Assembly: GCA_022842585.1 (NCBI GenBank)
Contig: JALHPI010000002.1
Span: forward strand, 1 to 57,892
Origin: Minisyncoccota bacterium
GTDB lineage: Bacteria > Patescibacteriota > Minisyncoccia > Phycocordibacterales > Phycocordibacteraceae
DNA length: 57,892 bases
Direction of reading: 5' to 3'
Part shown: in pieces, positions 56,998 through 57,892 of the stretch
Layout of the letters: each line of letters starts with the position of its first letter
Numbering within the stretch: position 1 is the stretch's first letter
The notes under the pieces: generated by a model
The model's input: the letters and a program-made list of their open reading frames with translations, nothing else
Databases searched by the model: none
Told to the model about the DNA's origin: nothing
Position numbers and translations under genes: made by a program

Positions 56998-57395
56998 AAA
57001 AAATACTACTTAGTTTTGTGGATATGGGGAAAACCTATAGCGCCCTTTATTCCCTTATTTTTTTCTGTTGCGAATACTACGGAAGCTGTGGATAGAGGAA
57101 AGAACAACCCGAACAACTTACCGAACAACAAACTCATCACCAATTCTTCCACACTTTTCCCAATCTTTTCCCCAGTGTTGTTGTGTGAGATATACATACG
57201 TTTTCCCCACTTTAGCGCACATCTAGAAAATAATGGCGTAGCGAAACCTTCATTCTTCGTGCGAAGCGATGATGCGGAAGACGAAGCGTATCGGGATACG
57301 TTTCGGATGAGCATCAAGCTGTAGCCGAAGAATGGAGGTTGCAGTAGCCAAGTATGAGTATTTTTTTGGTTCATACGGTTATTTTTAGATGGGCG
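56998..57395. other. Probable oriC region (dnaA-dnaN intergenic)
   Basis: DnaA-box-like 9-mers TGTGGATAT 57017, TGTGGATAG 57087, TCTTCCACA 57145, TTTTCCCCA 57166 and 57201; AT-rich; three GAACAAC repeats at ~57102-57130. Confidence 0.7.
57245..57340. repeat. Repeat family B-like hairpin within the oriC region
   Basis: IR AACCTTCATTCTTCG/CGAAGAATGGAGGTT; TGCGAAGC..CGTATCGGGATACG..GCTGTAGC. Confidence 0.6.
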
Positions 57396-57892
57396 CTAGA
57401 CTAACAACCCGCGGATATCTTGAATCTCTTTTGCAAGTTCCGCGTCATCAATCACCTCACGACGCACCTTCTCACAAGAGTGGATAACAGTCGTGTGGTC
57501 ACGCCCGCCAAGTTTTGAGCCGATGGTCGGGTACGAGACGGAGAAATCCTCACGGAGAATGTACATAATCACCTGGCGTGGGCGCACCACCTCCCTTCTG
57601 CGAGTCTTCTCATAGATGCTTTCCTCATCAATGCCATAGAACTCCGCGACTTTAGACACGACGTGCTTTACGGAGACTGACTTCGTAGGGCGCGCAAAGG
57701 AACGAAGCGATTGGCGGACTTCAGCGAGGTCTGGTGGCGCGCCTTTTACCTGTGCATGGCAGACGAGGGAGTTGATAACCCCCTCAAGCTCACGGATAGA
57801 GCCTGAAACGGAGGTAGCGACGTGCTCTATGACATCATCCCCAAGCGTCACACCATGAAGCGCGGCTTTTTTGCGCACGATAGCGATGCGGG
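57396..57892 (-). CDS. dnaA: Chromosomal replication initiator DnaA (3' part)
   Basis: IRELEG, R.REVV.PRQ..MY..R, IG..LGGRDHTTVIH. Confidence 0.97.
   Translation of the reverse strand, partial: RIAIVRKKAALHGVTLGDDVIEHVATSVSGSIRELEGVINSLVCHAQVKGAPPDLAEVRQSLRSFARPTKSVSVKHVVSKVAEFYGIDEESIYEKTRRREVVRPRQVIMYILREDFSVSYPTIGSKLGGRDHTTVIHSCEKVRREVIDDAELAKEIQDIRGLLV

Noticed and set aside
57006..57374. ORFs of 102 and 122 aa between dnaN and dnaA
   Set aside because: They overlap DnaA-box-like sites and a hairpin repeat, so the region is better explained as oriC.
1..57892. CRISPR array, cas genes, integrase, transposase or reverse transcriptase
   Set aside because: No regularly spaced direct repeats and no such protein motifs were seen. 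The repeats are dispersed.

Overview
Core-genome segment of a Patescibacteria/CPR bacterium, probably Parcubacteria. The assignment is inferred from the gene set, tRNA-Arg(GCG), an MQQR-loop EF-P, rplK without rplA, and near-leaderless genes. The window runs from a 5'-truncated recA to a 5'-truncated dnaA, with oriC-like DNA between dnaA and dnaN. It encodes translation genes (efp, rpsR/F/T, rplK/S, four aaRSs), a clustered dTMP/folate module, a Zur/ZIP zinc module, type IV pilus genes, ruvABC, polA, cell-wall genes and 9 tRNAs. The most interesting signals are non-coding. (1) A ~300-nt promoter-driven leader upstream of rpsR looks like a miniaturised, compensatorily mutated copy of 23S rRNA domain II. 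(2) A structured element follows four different tRNAs. Each copy carries an antisense segment matched to its own tRNA 3' end, a conserved core and a duplicated tRNA 3' end. (3) Two zinc-ribbon HNH nuclease genes abut tRNAs. (4) Two further dispersed repeat families and a recurrent perfect palindrome are present. All calls come from reading the sequence and recalling family motifs. No searches or folding were run.
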